DNA from: Octopus sinensis
Taxonomy: Eukaryota
Reading direction: 5' to 3'
NCBI RefSeq assembly: GCF_006345805.1
Contig: NC_043000.1
Location: 93,062,001-93,126,000, forward strand
Length of the DNA: 64,000 nucleotides
This document shows positions 50,754 through 63,754 of this stretch, in pieces. The notes beneath the pieces were generated by a model that had not been told where the DNA came from, did no database searches, and saw only the letters and a list, made by a program, of their open reading frames with translations. The translations under genes and the position numbers were made by a program. Within the stretch, counting starts at the first letter, position 1; every line of letters starts with the position of its first letter.

Positions 50754-51170
50754 CATCATCATCATCATTTAATGTCCGCTTTCCATGCGTTGCATAGTTT
50801 GACTGAGGACTGGAAAGCCAGGTGGCTGCACCATGCTCCAATCTGATCTGGCAGAGTTTCTACAGCTGGATGCCCTTCCTAACACCAACCACTTTGAGAG
50901 TGTAGTGGGTGCTTTTATGTGCCACCTGCATGAAGGCCAGTCAGGCGGTACTGGCAACAGCCATGCTCAAATGGTATTTTTTACATGCTGACTGCACATG
51001 AGCCAGTCCAGCAGCACTGGCAATGACCTCGCTCGAATGTTGTTTTTCACTTGCCAGTAAGGCGATGCTAGTAGCGATCATGCTCAAATGGTGCTTTTTA
51101 CATGCCACTGGCACATGAGCCAGTCAGCGGCCCTGGCAATGATCATGCTCGGATGGTTCTCTTAATGTTC
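50754..51170 (-). mobile_element. RTE-type 3' UTR remnant
   Basis: (cat)n ttaatgtccgctttccatgc..ctacagctggatgcccttcctaac. Confidence 0.8.
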
Positions 51171-51244
51171 CACAAGTTTCCTACACAGAGATCAGAACTT
51201 TTTACACAGCTGTCCTCGTCCATGTATATATTATATAGTGTAAT

Positions 51245-51850
51245 AAATAAAATATATGCATACATACAAACATATATGTACGTACCGACATCTACATGTA
51301 TATATACATGCATATATAAATATATATACGAACAGGACACCACAAGAGGACGTAAAAATCAACAGAAATGAAAACGGAAATGCCATTTTGTTACAACAGA
51401 AGGACAGAGACGTGGAACAAGACGAAACGAAAATGGGAAAAACAATTATGTACAGCAGAAAAACGAAGTACAGGACATGCTGCACAAGGAAAAATCCCCT
51501 TCATCAGCTGTCGCTAGCAGACATAGCGTGTTTCGAAGGCAAGACAGGACACGTCTGTCATGCTAGGCCTTCCTACGAGAGAATTAAAATAAAATAACCT
51601 CGTAGAGGGGTAAAACAAGCAAGAAAAAAATGTAACACAAAGAGGGACGTAACAAAGAACTGCAGAAAAAAATACAAGAAAAAATACAAAATTAAAGATA
51701 CATGTACAAGAAAATACAAAATGAGAATTAAATTACAATACGAGAGATCAAAATAAACAAGAGAACAAATGAAAAAGACGAACAAAGGCCTTTGTTCTGG
51801 CGGGGACGAGAAGGTAACTGGCGAGCGCTGGGAAACATGACCTTAGGGCC
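51245..51850. mobile_element. Relative of the 27127 tandem unit
   Basis: Shares aaaatatatgcatacatacaaacatatatgtacgtacc, catcagctgtcgctag and aggccttcct.cgagagaattaaaataaaat. Confidence 0.75.
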
Positions 51851-51949
51851 TGAATGCAACATATATATATATATACACCATATGTTACATATATATTATA
51901 TCATACCTTGAAATTTTATAAAAATTCAGGCACATTCTTAATAAACTTT

Positions 51950-52900
51950 CTGATAAGAATACACTCTGAATCTGCTTTCACTTTCAATGACTGTTTTAAT
52001 GTGGGTCTGGAAACATTGGAATGCCTGCACTAAATGGTCTTTGTTTATATAAAACATCACCTGGACAATAGCAACCTTCAGTGATACTATGGTATTGCGA
52101 GGATGTTGATTACTCACCTTTTCAACAACTACCTAAATGTAGTAGTTCATGGGATTTAAATCTGGCAAGTTTAGAGGTCATGAGTTTAGTGTTACATGAT
52201 CATAAAGATTGTCTGATACCCAATTTGGGGTTATATGGATCTTGTGAGAATGTGCTGAGTTTTGTTGAAATGTGTGTTACCTTCCACTGTATATCTCATC
52301 CATTCAGGGCATAACAACTGACTCCAACACTTCAATGTAACCAGTAGCATTAATTTTAAGAACCCATGGAAAGATGTGAGGTAACATCATATGACTTTTG
52401 CTACTTAACACTCCTAAAACCATTACAGTTTCTGGGAACTTAGTGTGCATCACTCTGGAGACATCAGTAGCTCTACACGTAATCATCTATCATTTCTTCT
52501 ATTAGACTTTTAGTCTTGGTCAAACTTTTTCTCATCTAAGAAGAACCAAAGCCCACCATGTTAGTGAGGGCTTTTAACCTTGTTAAGTAACCACTTGGTA
52601 ATGATCAAACAGTTTTCTTGTGACTTTGCAGATATAATTTGGCCCCATCTCAGTACATACAATGTGTATCAGATATCCTTGTGTGCGTACAGTGCTAATA
52701 ACTCACTGTCACCTGAAGTCCATTGATTTCTCAGAATCGTCATCAATGATGTTTTGAACCTATTGGATAAATTGAAGTGTCCTTGTGGTGTTCAAATATT
52801 TAGAAGATGCTTTGCTCTTTGAGGTAGTTGAAACATTCCAATCAGAAGCTTTCAGTTTCAACCCAAACTCTGTGTACAAAAGATCTTATAACATTTTGAA
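51950..52900 (-). mobile_element. Decayed maT (DD37D-like) Tc1/mariner transposase
   Basis: TKFPETVMVLGVLSSKSHMMLPHIF..INATGYIEVLE..FQQNSAHSHK..PDLNPMNYY. Confidence 0.8.
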
Positions 52901-54630
52901 ATTATGCAATGATCACATTTCTTTTCATTTCTCTTATTAGCATTTTATCTACCATGAAAGATTTCATAGAAATAAAAATCTTTTAAATGGGCTCAAGAGA
53001 GCAACACACTGACAATTAAACATCCTCAAATACACCTCACAGGTTTTATATACATATATACATTCATATACTGAAATAGGCTTACTTATTCAGAAAAATA
53101 ACCATGGATTAAAAAAGAACTCAATACTGGTAAATAAGAGCTGAGTATGATATAAAAATTTTTTTTTTATTTTAGTGAAAAACTAAATAACATTTTTTTT
53201 AAATCGATCTTTTCATCTTGTGAATTGTCATATTATTCTAACAATTCATAAATCTTTCATAAGTAATTTACTTTTAAGCAAACTATAAACTCACGTGTGT
53301 GTGTGTATATGTGTGTGTGCGTGTGTGTGTGTGTGTGTGGTGTGTGTGTGTGTGTGTGTACTGTATGCGTGCTTACTTCTTAGTGTGCAAGTATGTATGT
53401 CTGTGATATATGTTAAATATATTTGCAGACATACTTCATTAAATACTCAAGTGAACTAGATTTATGTATTTATAAGTTTTACATGTTGTGTACATGTATG
53501 TATGTGTGTACCTATATATGTGTGTGTGTGAGTGTGTATATATATGTATATAAATATATATATTTATATATGTATATGTAAATAGATATATATATGTACA
53601 TGTATATATTTGCATGGTGGTATATATACATACGTATGTATGTATCTATGTATGTATAAGTATATACATATATACACATACATACATGCATGCAGTAAAA
53701 TTAAATTTAGATATGAAAGAGCTAATGGAATGGAGGAAGTGGTCAGGGTTAGTTATTAATATGTCTATATGACAATCTTTGACTGCATATATAGATGTCT
53801 AAAAATAGGTATGTGTATATATGTATGTATGCATGTATGTATGTATATGTGTATATACATATAGAGATAAACCTATGTGTTGGTGAACTACATATCTGTG
53901 TGTGTGCAAATATATATGGTATATGTAACTATTTCATAACTCTATATTTCATATGCATATACATATAGTGTGTATATGTGAGCATTAGTGTGTGTGTGTG
54001 TAGACATATGCTCTTTGTTTCATGATAGGTGCAGCATTTGAAATAATGGTTTTTATATTTTTTCATATCAACTCACGTTTCATGTTCAAGCGAAGATATC
54101 TAAATTTGTTTAGGATAAAAGCAAAGTCTAATCGTCTTGTTCAGTCATCAAACAGTGTCAGTGAGTACCAAGAATGGGACTGACAGTAATTTATGAGATA
54201 TCACGAGGAAATGCCATATCTGAAAGTAAGTATAAATTTTTGGTAGGTGAGGTAACTAAGATTTAGAGTAAGTTATGTCCTTTGCAAAATCTATAAAGAT
54301 TGATATTAAAATTATATCTAAATTTCAATGTTGATGTATTTGTAGGGTTTGGGGGATGTGGAGACAAAAACAGTAATTTTGTAAATAGTTATATGAATTT
54401 TCTAAAATATTTTGTATAGCTCCAGAAATAATAATGTTACTATATTATGATATTGGGATGGTACTCATTTGTGTGGAATGATGTCTAAGTGCTGAAGATT
54501 TTAAGACAGGAAAGTAAAACGTGCAGGCTGTATCCTCCCAGATCTATGGTGTGTGGTACTGCTAATTTGGTGTGGGGAGGTAGGATTTACCAGATGGATA
54601 GAATTAATTCATCTGCATAAATACACCTGA

Positions 54631-55131
54631 TGAATTGTTAAGACCAAGTATTCAAAATGGTGTTGATAGTATGCAAAATTGAAGATACCTCAAACAAGCA
54701 AAGTTAGTTGAAATCAAGAAAAAGATATACATAGGCATGTACAAGGGAGTGTTCAAAGGAAGACTTTATAACTGCTTTGTAATGTAGACAATTTCCATGC
54801 CTCTTTGAATTAAATAGAAAGTGTATTCTTTCTATTTTGCAATGACCAAATTTTCTTGGTTTATTTACATATCACTTCGATTTTCAATGACGTTTTAAAC
54901 CCTTTACTCAACGTTCCAGTTTAGCATTTAGCAAATTTTACTTACTAGTGATTGGAATTTGTTTTATTTGTGTCTAAAAGTGGCTCATAGTTATAAAGTC
55001 TTTCTTTGAACATTCCCTTGTACATGCCTATGTATATCTTTTTCTTGATTTCAACTAGCTTTGCTTGTTTGAGGTATCTTCATTTTCGCATACTATCAAC
55101 ACTATTTTGAATACTTGGTCTTAACAATTCA
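54631..55131. mobile_element. MITE with ~150-bp TIRs
   Basis: tgaattgttaagaccaagtattcaaaat..gactttataact mirrors agttataaagtc..ttttgaatacttggtcttaacaattca. Confidence 0.88.
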
Positions 55132-56265
55132 GATAAAATAGACAATGCATATGATATCGTATTTCTGGTTCATTCCTTGACTATAACTGTCTAATATGTG
55201 TGATGTATGAATTTTTTCCCTCAAGAATACTATCTATTATGGATGTATTGAAGTAACATATTTTTGGAAGAGAAGAGATCACAAATTTTCATGGCCGCGG
55301 CCTTCGGGCTAAAACATTTTTAAGGATTTAAGGATGATATAAGAGTTTTAATACTATAAACTTTATATAAAAAATCTTAAAATAGTATGATAACAAAACT
55401 GTATGTTTACATACATGTATGAGACTGAAGCCCATTTACAACCATTACATGATGTCAGAACAGGAGTACATAAGCCCACACAGTCACATACATACACACA
55501 CATGCACACACACACACACACACACACACAAACATTCATATATGATAGCCTTCTTTTAGTTTCTGTCCCACTAAACTCACTCACAAAGAAGACACTTGAT
55601 CAAAGTTCCCATGGTAGAATTGAACTTGAGGCAACATGGATAGGTAACAAGCTTCTTAGCCACCCATCCATTCCTTCACCTACATATATATATATATATA
55701 TATATACTAGCAGCTAAGCCCAGTTTCACCCGGTTGGTTTGGATGATGTGGCTGTAAAATCCTGCTTTGTGTAAGCATTTGACTTGTTTGGGCATGATTA
55801 CATTAAAAAACAATTTTAGAATAACTTTTTCTGACAAAGCGCTAAAAATAACTGACCAACAAAAAAAAAACAACCAAGATTCAACCAAATCAATAAATAA
55901 ACCCAAATACTAAGCGAACAAAGATGAACTATTCCACTTCCATTGCATGTGCACTCACACACATACAAACACACACATTCACATACCCCCTTTTACATAC
56001 ACACATATATTCACACAGAGTTGAAACGCTGTTTGATTTATTTTTTCAGCATACTATTTTCATCATCCCACTACCAAGTATGATATCACCCTTCCTTCCT
56101 TGTTCATCTATCACCCCTTCCTTTCTCATTCATAAATACAAAAGTATTATTATAACCATGGGAGCCATGAAAAAGTACAAAGGATCATTCTACACATATG
56201 TGTAATTTTTTGTGCAATTCCTTCCAGCTGTGAAACCCAAGACAAGAAAAAATCACCCATGTATA

Positions 56266-56352
<87 letters not shown>

Positions 56353-56519
56353 GATTTATATATATGTATATGTGTGTGTGTGTATATATATATATACATA
56401 TATATACAGAGAGACAGACAGATACAGGTACACATAATTACAAATATGGATATAGATATACATATATTCATATATATTATACATGTAGGTATGTGTGTGT
56501 ATCTGTGTGTGTGTGTGTG

Positions 56520-56665
56520 TGTGGAAATCTTCAAATATCACCTGGACAAATTTCTATCAGAAATCCCAGATGAGCCCACATTGCAGCAAGAAGCACAGAG
56601 AAGTACAGCTCCATCCAACTTGCTTCTTCACCAAAAACAGTACAGAATGGAAACTCCAAAACATT
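56520..56665 (+). mobile_element. CR1-group LINE, extreme 3' coding end
   Basis: EIFKYHLDKFLSEIPDEP..PSNLLLHQ, the usual FKxxLDxFLxxIPDEP terminus. Confidence 0.7.
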
Positions 56666-56734
56666 GAAAGGCAGTGCTCCAGCATGGTCCCAGTCTTTAG
56701 CTGAAACCGGTAAAAGAATAAAAGAAAAGAATTG

Positions 56735-57125
56735 CTGTGTGGTAAGTAGCTTGCTTACCAACCACATGGTTCCGGGTTCATTCCCACTATGTGGCACTTT
56801 AGACAAGTGTCTTCTACTATAGCCTCTTGCTGACCAAAGCCTTGTGAGTGGATTTGGTAGACAGAAACTGAAAGAAGCCTGTCGTATAATTGTATATATA
56901 CATATGAATGTGTATGTATATGTTTGTGTGTCTGTGTTTATCCCCCCAACATCGCTTGACAACCGATGCTGGTGTGTTTACGTCTCCGTATCATAACGGT
57001 TCGGCAAAAGAGAATGATAGAATAAATACTAGGCTTACAAAGAATAAGTCCTGGGGTCGATTTGCTCGACTAAAGGCGGTACTCCAGCATGGCCACAGTC
57101 AAATTACTGAAGCAAGTAAAAGAGA
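56735..57125 (+). mobile_element. SINE family B, near full length
   Basis: gctgtgtggtaagtagcttgc..gggttcattccc..aagtaaaagagag. Confidence 0.9.
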
Positions 57126-57459
57126 GTAAATGTATATGTATATCTCTGTAAGTAAGTATGTATGTATGTATGCATGTATAGTGCAGCTATTATGCAAATA
57201 ACATGCAAGAAGGAAATTAAATTGCACATGCAAAAATTGAATATATTTCATTTCAAATCAGGTGCATAGCCCCTGCATAGAACTTTATTCAATGCCAAAA
57301 TATATCCAGTTATATAGATTTAAAAAGAAAAATGCCAATAGCTCTTTGTCTCTGCAAGATAACTTTTTGGTTTACTTGCATTCAAGAATTCAGTACATTT
57401 CAATGTCTTACCATGATGAAATCATCATCATCATTATCATCATTATTATCATTATTATT

Positions 57460-57672
57460 AAGGTAGCGAGCTGGCTGAATCATTAGCATGCTGAGCAAAA
57501 TGCTCAGAAGAATTTCATCTGTCTTTACCTTCTGAGTTCAAATTCTGCTTAGGTCAACTTAGCCTTTTATCATTTCTGGGTCGATAAATTAAGTTCCAGT
57601 TATGCACTGGAGCTGATGTATCTGACGCATTCCTTCTCCCAAAATTTCTGGTCTTGTGCTAAAATTTGAAAC
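57460..57672 (+). mobile_element. SINE family A between ATT repeats
   Basis: attattaaggtagcgagctggc..ctgagttcaaattc..aatttgaaactattatta. Confidence 0.85.
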
Positions 57673-57932
57673 TATTATTACCTCTGCCTTGTGGAGGCAC
57701 GTGGCTTAGTGGTTAGGGTGTTGAACTCATGATCAAAAGGTTGGGATTTCGCTTCCTGGACCGGGCGATGAATTGTGTTCTTGAGCAAAACACTTCATTT
57801 CATGTTGCTCGAGTCCACTCAGCTGGCAAAAATTAGTAATCCTGCAATGGATCCTGTCCAGGTGGAGAATTTCTACACCACTGAAACCAAAAAACTGGCC
57901 CTTATGAGCCTGGCATGGCTCGAGAAGGAACA

Positions 57933-58295
57933 TTACCTCTACCTTAGCGAAGATGGAGGTATTGTTTCAGTTGTTTGTTTGTTTGTCTGTGGACAAGATA
58001 TCTCAAGAACCACTGGATAGATTCGAATGAAACTTTTAGGGTTGTTTGGCTTCATGACTAGCACAAACTGATTAGATTTTGGGATCAATCTGGTACCAGA
58101 CAAGGATTCTGGATTATTTTTCCAGTTTTTTAACTTAATTTTTGAGAGCAGTCAGGTTCATCTTTAGTATTCTCATTTGTGAGAACAGTTGAGTTTATAT
58201 CAGATATTCTCATTTTAAAAATCATCTTCGGCTAATCGTTGAGAGGATGTTAGCATTGCCTTGGCGGAGAATTGCCCTCTCTGAGTGCTCTTGTT
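57933..58295 (-). mobile_element. HINE-like element, copy 2
   Basis: Reverse complement of the 63198 copy; ends ctcttgtt|attatt. Confidence 0.65.
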
Positions 58296-58448
58296 ATTAT
58301 TATTATTATTATCACATTTTTCATTTATTGTTTTACTTTTTTAAATCCTCTTCTTCAAACACTCATATAACAAAATCAACCAGAGTGACCACCCTCCTCC
58401 TCCTCCTCCTCATCATCATTATCATAATTATCATTATTATTGTTATTG

Positions 58449-58483
<35 letters not shown>

Positions 58484-58485
<2 letters not shown>

Positions 58486-58700
58486 GGTGACGAGGTGGCA
58501 GAATTGTTAACATGCCAAGCAAAATGCTTAGCAGAATTTCATCCATCTTTACATTCTGAGTTCAAATTCCATTGAGATCAACTTCGCCTTTCATCCTTTC
58601 AAGGTCGATAAATTAAGTACCAGTGAAACACAGGGGTCGATTTAATCGACTAGTCTCTTCCCCAAAACTTTCAGGCTTTGTACCTATAGCAGGACATATT
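58484..58700 (+). mobile_element. SINE family A between ATT repeats
   Basis: attattaaggtgacgaggtggcag..ctgagttcaaattcc. Confidence 0.85.
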
Positions 58701-58721
58701 ATTATTATTGTTATTATTATT

Positions 58722-59279
58722 GAATGAGAGATCAGTGCATGCCATCAAAGTGACACTGCGGTACAAATATACGAAGTCCAGTATACCCATCATGACTACT
58801 CGTCTGATAAGGGTACACCAGGCACATGCATCACAACCATATGTGCACGACATGGTGATCTCATATCAAGATAAACAGCACATGACCTTGCAGGTGGGGC
58901 CCAGTTAGAATTTTCTTCAGGTTGAGTAGCCCATCCTGCTCAAAAGATCCCTAAATAAGAGTTGTTTAAGGATGTTGAACGAAACACCTATGTTTCCAAA
59001 GGTGAATTATCCAAACCTCTAAGAATTCCTTTTAACACACAGCTCTGATGCTCCCCAACTACTTCTGCTCATGATCAGAGATGCACATATCATCGGCCGT
59101 TAGGGGACATGCTTAACTGGTTAAGTTCAAACAACTAACAAGCAAATCTGTGGTACTGAGCAGAATATTTGCTGTAACCCATCTTTTATAGCAAGACAAA
59201 ACAATGTACATGATAACACATCCAATCAGTTAAGATCAGCAGCCATGAGAGCCACTGCCTGGTACTGCATCAGGGCATT
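58722..59279 (-). mobile_element. Unclassified ~550-bp non-coding interspersed element in (AAT)n, copy 1
   Basis: Inverted homologue at 62092-62615; (ATT)n on plus at both ends. Confidence 0.8.
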
Positions 59280-59323
59280 TATTATTATTGTTATTATTCA
59301 GTAGTTTTATTTTATAGCGTGCT

Positions 59324-59394
59324 TTCATTTCACTACCGAGCGCAGCTCTGTGTGCCTTGGGTATGTGCTGTGCTGCGCTCGGTAGTGAAGTGAA
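59324..59394. other. Hairpin with 23-bp arms (1 mismatch) and a 25-nt loop
   Basis: ttcatttcactaccgagcgcagc ... gctgcgctcggtagtgaagtgaa. Confidence 0.9.
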
Positions 59395-59395
59395 C

Positions 59396-59451
<56 letters not shown>

Positions 59452-59466
59452 ATTATTATTATTATT

Positions 59467-59500
<34 letters not shown>

Positions 59501-60059
59501 TTGTTAATATTATTATTATTCAGGTAGTCACCTGGCAGAATTGTTAGCACACCAGACAAAATGCTTCGAGGCATTTCATCTGTCTTTACATTCTGAGTTC
59601 AAATACCGCTGAGGTCAGCTTTACTTTTAATCCTTTTGGATAAGATATAGTCTCTGGAGGAGAGACAGTGCTCACAGACTTTACAAAATCCTGTGTCCAA
59701 GATTGGTGACAAAACAGCAGATGTACAAATCCCTTCTAATCACTTCTAATTGCTTCTAATCACTGCATTGATGGTAAAAAATTAGCCTTGCTAAAACTCA
59801 GCAGCTATGGATAGGCTTGGTAGCATATGAAACAGTCTACAGAGGAGAAATTCTGGGAATAAAATCCTTGTCATACCTATTAGTGGGCTCCCACAGGAAC
59901 AAAATAAAATGGTAGAAATAATGAAAATAATCAAAACTCCATGCAGGGTAGATGCAATAGAAAGCAAATCCTCAAGATATCTATCATCCTCGCATAAAGA
60001 ACAGATCTCAAACATTGCATGGATTCTTGAGTGGGTATTTCTGAGGGAATTTAAGATTT

Positions 60060-60490
60060 AGATGGTGATGGTGGTGATTGTGTTGATGGTCCTGGTGGCA
60101 ATGATGGTCATGCTGATGGTCAGGGTGGTGGTCATGATTGTCCTCATGCTCATCATGATGTTAGTAGTGGTGAGGTGATGACAGCCATCATAGTTGTCAT
60201 GGTGATGGTGTTGTTGGTGGTGAGGTGGTGGTGATGGTATTTGTACTTTTGATGTTGTTGTCGTTGGTGGTGTTGGTGTTGGTGGTGTTGGTGATAATGT
60301 TTGTGATAGTGTTGAGGGATGATGATGCAGTGGTAGTAGTCATTGAGGTTGTGTTGGTGTTGCTGTTCTTGGTAGTGGTGGAGGTGGTGGTGAAGTGGTG
60401 TTCACAGTGGTGTTGGTCATAGTAGTCATGGTGGTTGTGGTGGTAGTTGCGGTGGTGATGGTCATTGTGTTGGCGTTGGTGGTGGTGTTG
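60060..60490. repeat. Degenerate (GGT)/(GAT)/(GTT) trinucleotide tract
   Basis: Direct reading. Confidence 0.85.
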
Positions 60491-61997
60491 TTAAACCAAG
60501 AATCAGAGTAAAAGCTCATTAGCACCATTCCTTATAACATCCTCTTAACGAATTCCATTGTCTCTAATTGAGCTTTCTAATTTATAAGTGTAAAGCCAGC
60601 AATTTAGGGGCTAAGTTAATACTATCAACCCTAGTGCATGACTGGTACTTTATTTTGGTGTCTAAATTAGAGACAAGGCAAGAAATATTATGCCCCAGGG
60701 GCACAACCAAGAGCTCATTGATTACATTGGTTAACTGGTACTTTATTTTGTTGACCCCTGGAAGGATGAAAGGCCAAGTTTATCTCAACAAGATTTGAAC
60801 TCAGAATGTAGTGTCAGAAAAAAATACCACAATGCACTTTTACTGTTTCTCTAATAATTCTTCAACTCATTGCCATGTAGTGTTCTTCTAATGATATTGA
60901 TATGATTAATTACTTTATTACAAACCCTGCTCAAATCAGATGTGTTTGCAGCTAGCCATGTGATGACCTCACTTGTTTTTGGAGGTCACCTAAAAGTCCT
61001 GCAAAGACCTCAAAAAACTCAAACAAAATATAATAATAATAATATAATGATAATAAACAAAAGGAAGGAAGTTCCAGGAAGGATATCCAGCAAGAACTTA
61101 GCACACCTTATTGTTAGAAATAAGGAATGATTAAGTCTAAAAGAGACAATCGTTGGTTACATGTTAATCTCAACCAAAATGGAAAATTGTAATTGATTCT
61201 TGCCAACTTTGACCATTAATGAATCTCCTTGAATTCTTCTGATTATTATCTTTGGTTGCAAGCATAAATATAGTATAAGCAAAGTAGATAAATAAATAAA
61301 TAAATACATAAACAATCTCTTTACTCCTATGCTCTACATATTCATCTCAGCCTCTGCTCTGCCGTCTCTACCACCACCCTAAGCATTACTCCCACCAATC
61401 CATTCTATCACAGTTATTACCATTCTTGCTTCCTTTCACCACCAACACCACCACTATCGCCATTGCATCGCCTTTGCCACCACCATTGTTACCAACAGCT
61501 CTGCTGCCACTTCCACCACCGCCACCACTTCCACCACCGGCGCCTCTGTCACCACCACTACCTCTACTGCAACAATGCACTGCTATCTCCTAGGACATTC
61601 CTGCCGGAATAACTGAGCTAAGCCAGACTATCAACAACAACGACAACAACAATAACGAAAGCAAACAACAGTAAGAACAAAACGGTGGCAAAGGAGGGTG
61701 GTGATGGTGGAGGGGGATGGGCGGCTTGAAAATCAGAAGTTAGCAAAAATAAAAACAAAAATAAAAATAAAAATAAGGATAAAAATAAATGCAATAAGCA
61801 GAAAAAGAGGAAAAAAGATAAAAAAAGATAGCGGAAAGTAAAACTGAGAAGGCTACTTAGAGAAGTAGGCCAATAATCATAACAACATCCCAGAAACTGG
61901 ACAGACAGGAGAACATTGTTCTATGGATCGTATTGATCCAGGCTGGTACCACTACTGCTGCTGTTATTACCACCACTACTGCTGTTCCTGCTACAAT

Positions 61998-62070
<73 letters not shown>

Positions 62071-62091
62071 TAATAATAATGAATATGATGA

Positions 62092-62615
62092 TGATGTAGT
62101 ACCAGACAGTGGCTCTCATGGCTTCTGATCTTAACAAGTGTTATCATGTACATTGTTTTGTCTTGGTATAAAAGATGGGTTACAGCAAATATTCTGCTCA
62201 ATACCACAGATTTACTTGTCAGTTGTTTGACCTTAACCAGTTGACCATGTCTCTTAGTGGCTGACAATATGTGCATCTCTGATCACGAGCTGAAGTTGTT
62301 GGGGAGCATCATAGCCATGTGTTGAGGGGGATCCTTTGGGGTTTGAATAATTCACCTCTGGAAACATGGGTGGTTCGTTCAACATCCTTAAACAGCCCTT
62401 ATTCAGAGACCTTTTGAGCGGGATGGGTTACTCGACCAGAAGAAAATTCTAACTGGGCCCCACCTGCAAGGTCATGCACTGTTTATCTTGATATGAGATC
62501 ACCATGTTGTGCACATATGGTTGTGATGCCTGTGCCCAGTGTACCCTTATCAGACGAGTAGTCATGATGGGTATGCTGGGCTTTGTATATTTTACCCCAG
62601 TGTCATTTTGATGTC
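62092..62615 (+). mobile_element. Unclassified non-coding element in (AAT)n, copy 2
   Basis: gtagtaccagacagtggctctcatgg..gtcattttgatgtc|aataataat. Confidence 0.8.
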
Positions 62616-62639
62616 AATAATAATAATAAGAAGAAAAAT

Positions 62640-63175
62640 AATAATTTCTACTATAAGCACAAGGCTTGAAATTTTGGAGGAGAGGGCTAGTCGATTAGAT
62701 CAACCCCAGTACACAACTGCTTCTTAATTTATCGACTCTGAAAGGATGAAAGGGAAAGTCAACCCCAGCGGAATTTTAGCAGGCAAAATACCGCTAAGCA
62801 TTTTGTCCAGCATGCTAATGATTCTGCCACCTCAACACCTTGGTGAGGAATTTGAACTCAGAATGTAAGGACAGACGATATGCTGCTAAGCATTTTGCCT
62901 AGTGTGTTAATGATTCTGCCAGCTTGCCACCTTAATAATAATAATAATGATAATAATAATCCTTTCTACTATAGGCACAAGGCCTGAGAATTTGGGAGAG
63001 TGGGTGAGTTGATTACATCGACCCCAGTATTTCACTGGTACTTATACTATCGATCCTGAAAGGATGAAAGGTAAAGTCAACCTCGGTGGAATTTGAACTC
63101 AGGATGTAGTGACTGGCAAAATACCACTTAACATTTTGTTCAGTGCACTAATGATTCTGCCAGCTCACCACCTAA
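62640..63175 (-). mobile_element. Cluster of SINE A copies separated by (AAT)n
   Basis: Repeated gaaaggatgaaagg..aagtcaac..ggaatttgaactcag..atgattctgcca. Confidence 0.85.
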
Positions 63176-63197
63176 TAATAATAATGATAATAATAAC

Positions 63198-63536
63198 AAC
63201 AAGAGCATTCAGAAAGTGCAAAACTCTGCCAAGGCAACACCAACATCCTCTTAATGATTAGCTGGAGATGATTTTTAAGACAAGAATATCTGAAATAAAA
63301 ACTTGACTCCTCTCACAAATGAGAATACTAAAAATGAACCCGACCGCTCTCAAAAATTAAGTAAAAAAACCAGAAAAATAATCCAGAATCGTTGTCTGGT
63401 ACTGGATCAATCCCAAAATCTAATCGGTTCATGCCAGTTATGAATGCATTCAACGGTTCTTGAGATATCTTGTCCATGGACAAACAAACAAATTTGACTG
63501 AAAACAATACCTCCGCCTTCGCTAAAGCGGAGGTAA
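63198..63536 (+). mobile_element. HINE-like element, copy 3, best preserved
   Basis: 5' aacaagagc..ctctgccaaggc; 3' hairpin acctccgc(cttcgctaaa)gcggaggt then aa; AAT flanks. Confidence 0.65.
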
Positions 63537-63754
63537 TAATCATGATAATAATAATATAGTTATCAAGGTGGCAAAATGGTGCAATATCTAGCACACTGGA
63601 CAAAATACTTAGCAGTATTTCGTCAGTCTTCACATACTAAATTCCAGTTCCACCAAGGTTGACTTAGCCTTTCATACTTCCAGAGTTGATAAAATAAGTA
63701 CTGAATTATCCCCTGTCCTGAAATTGCTGGCATTGTGCTAAAATTTGAAACCAT

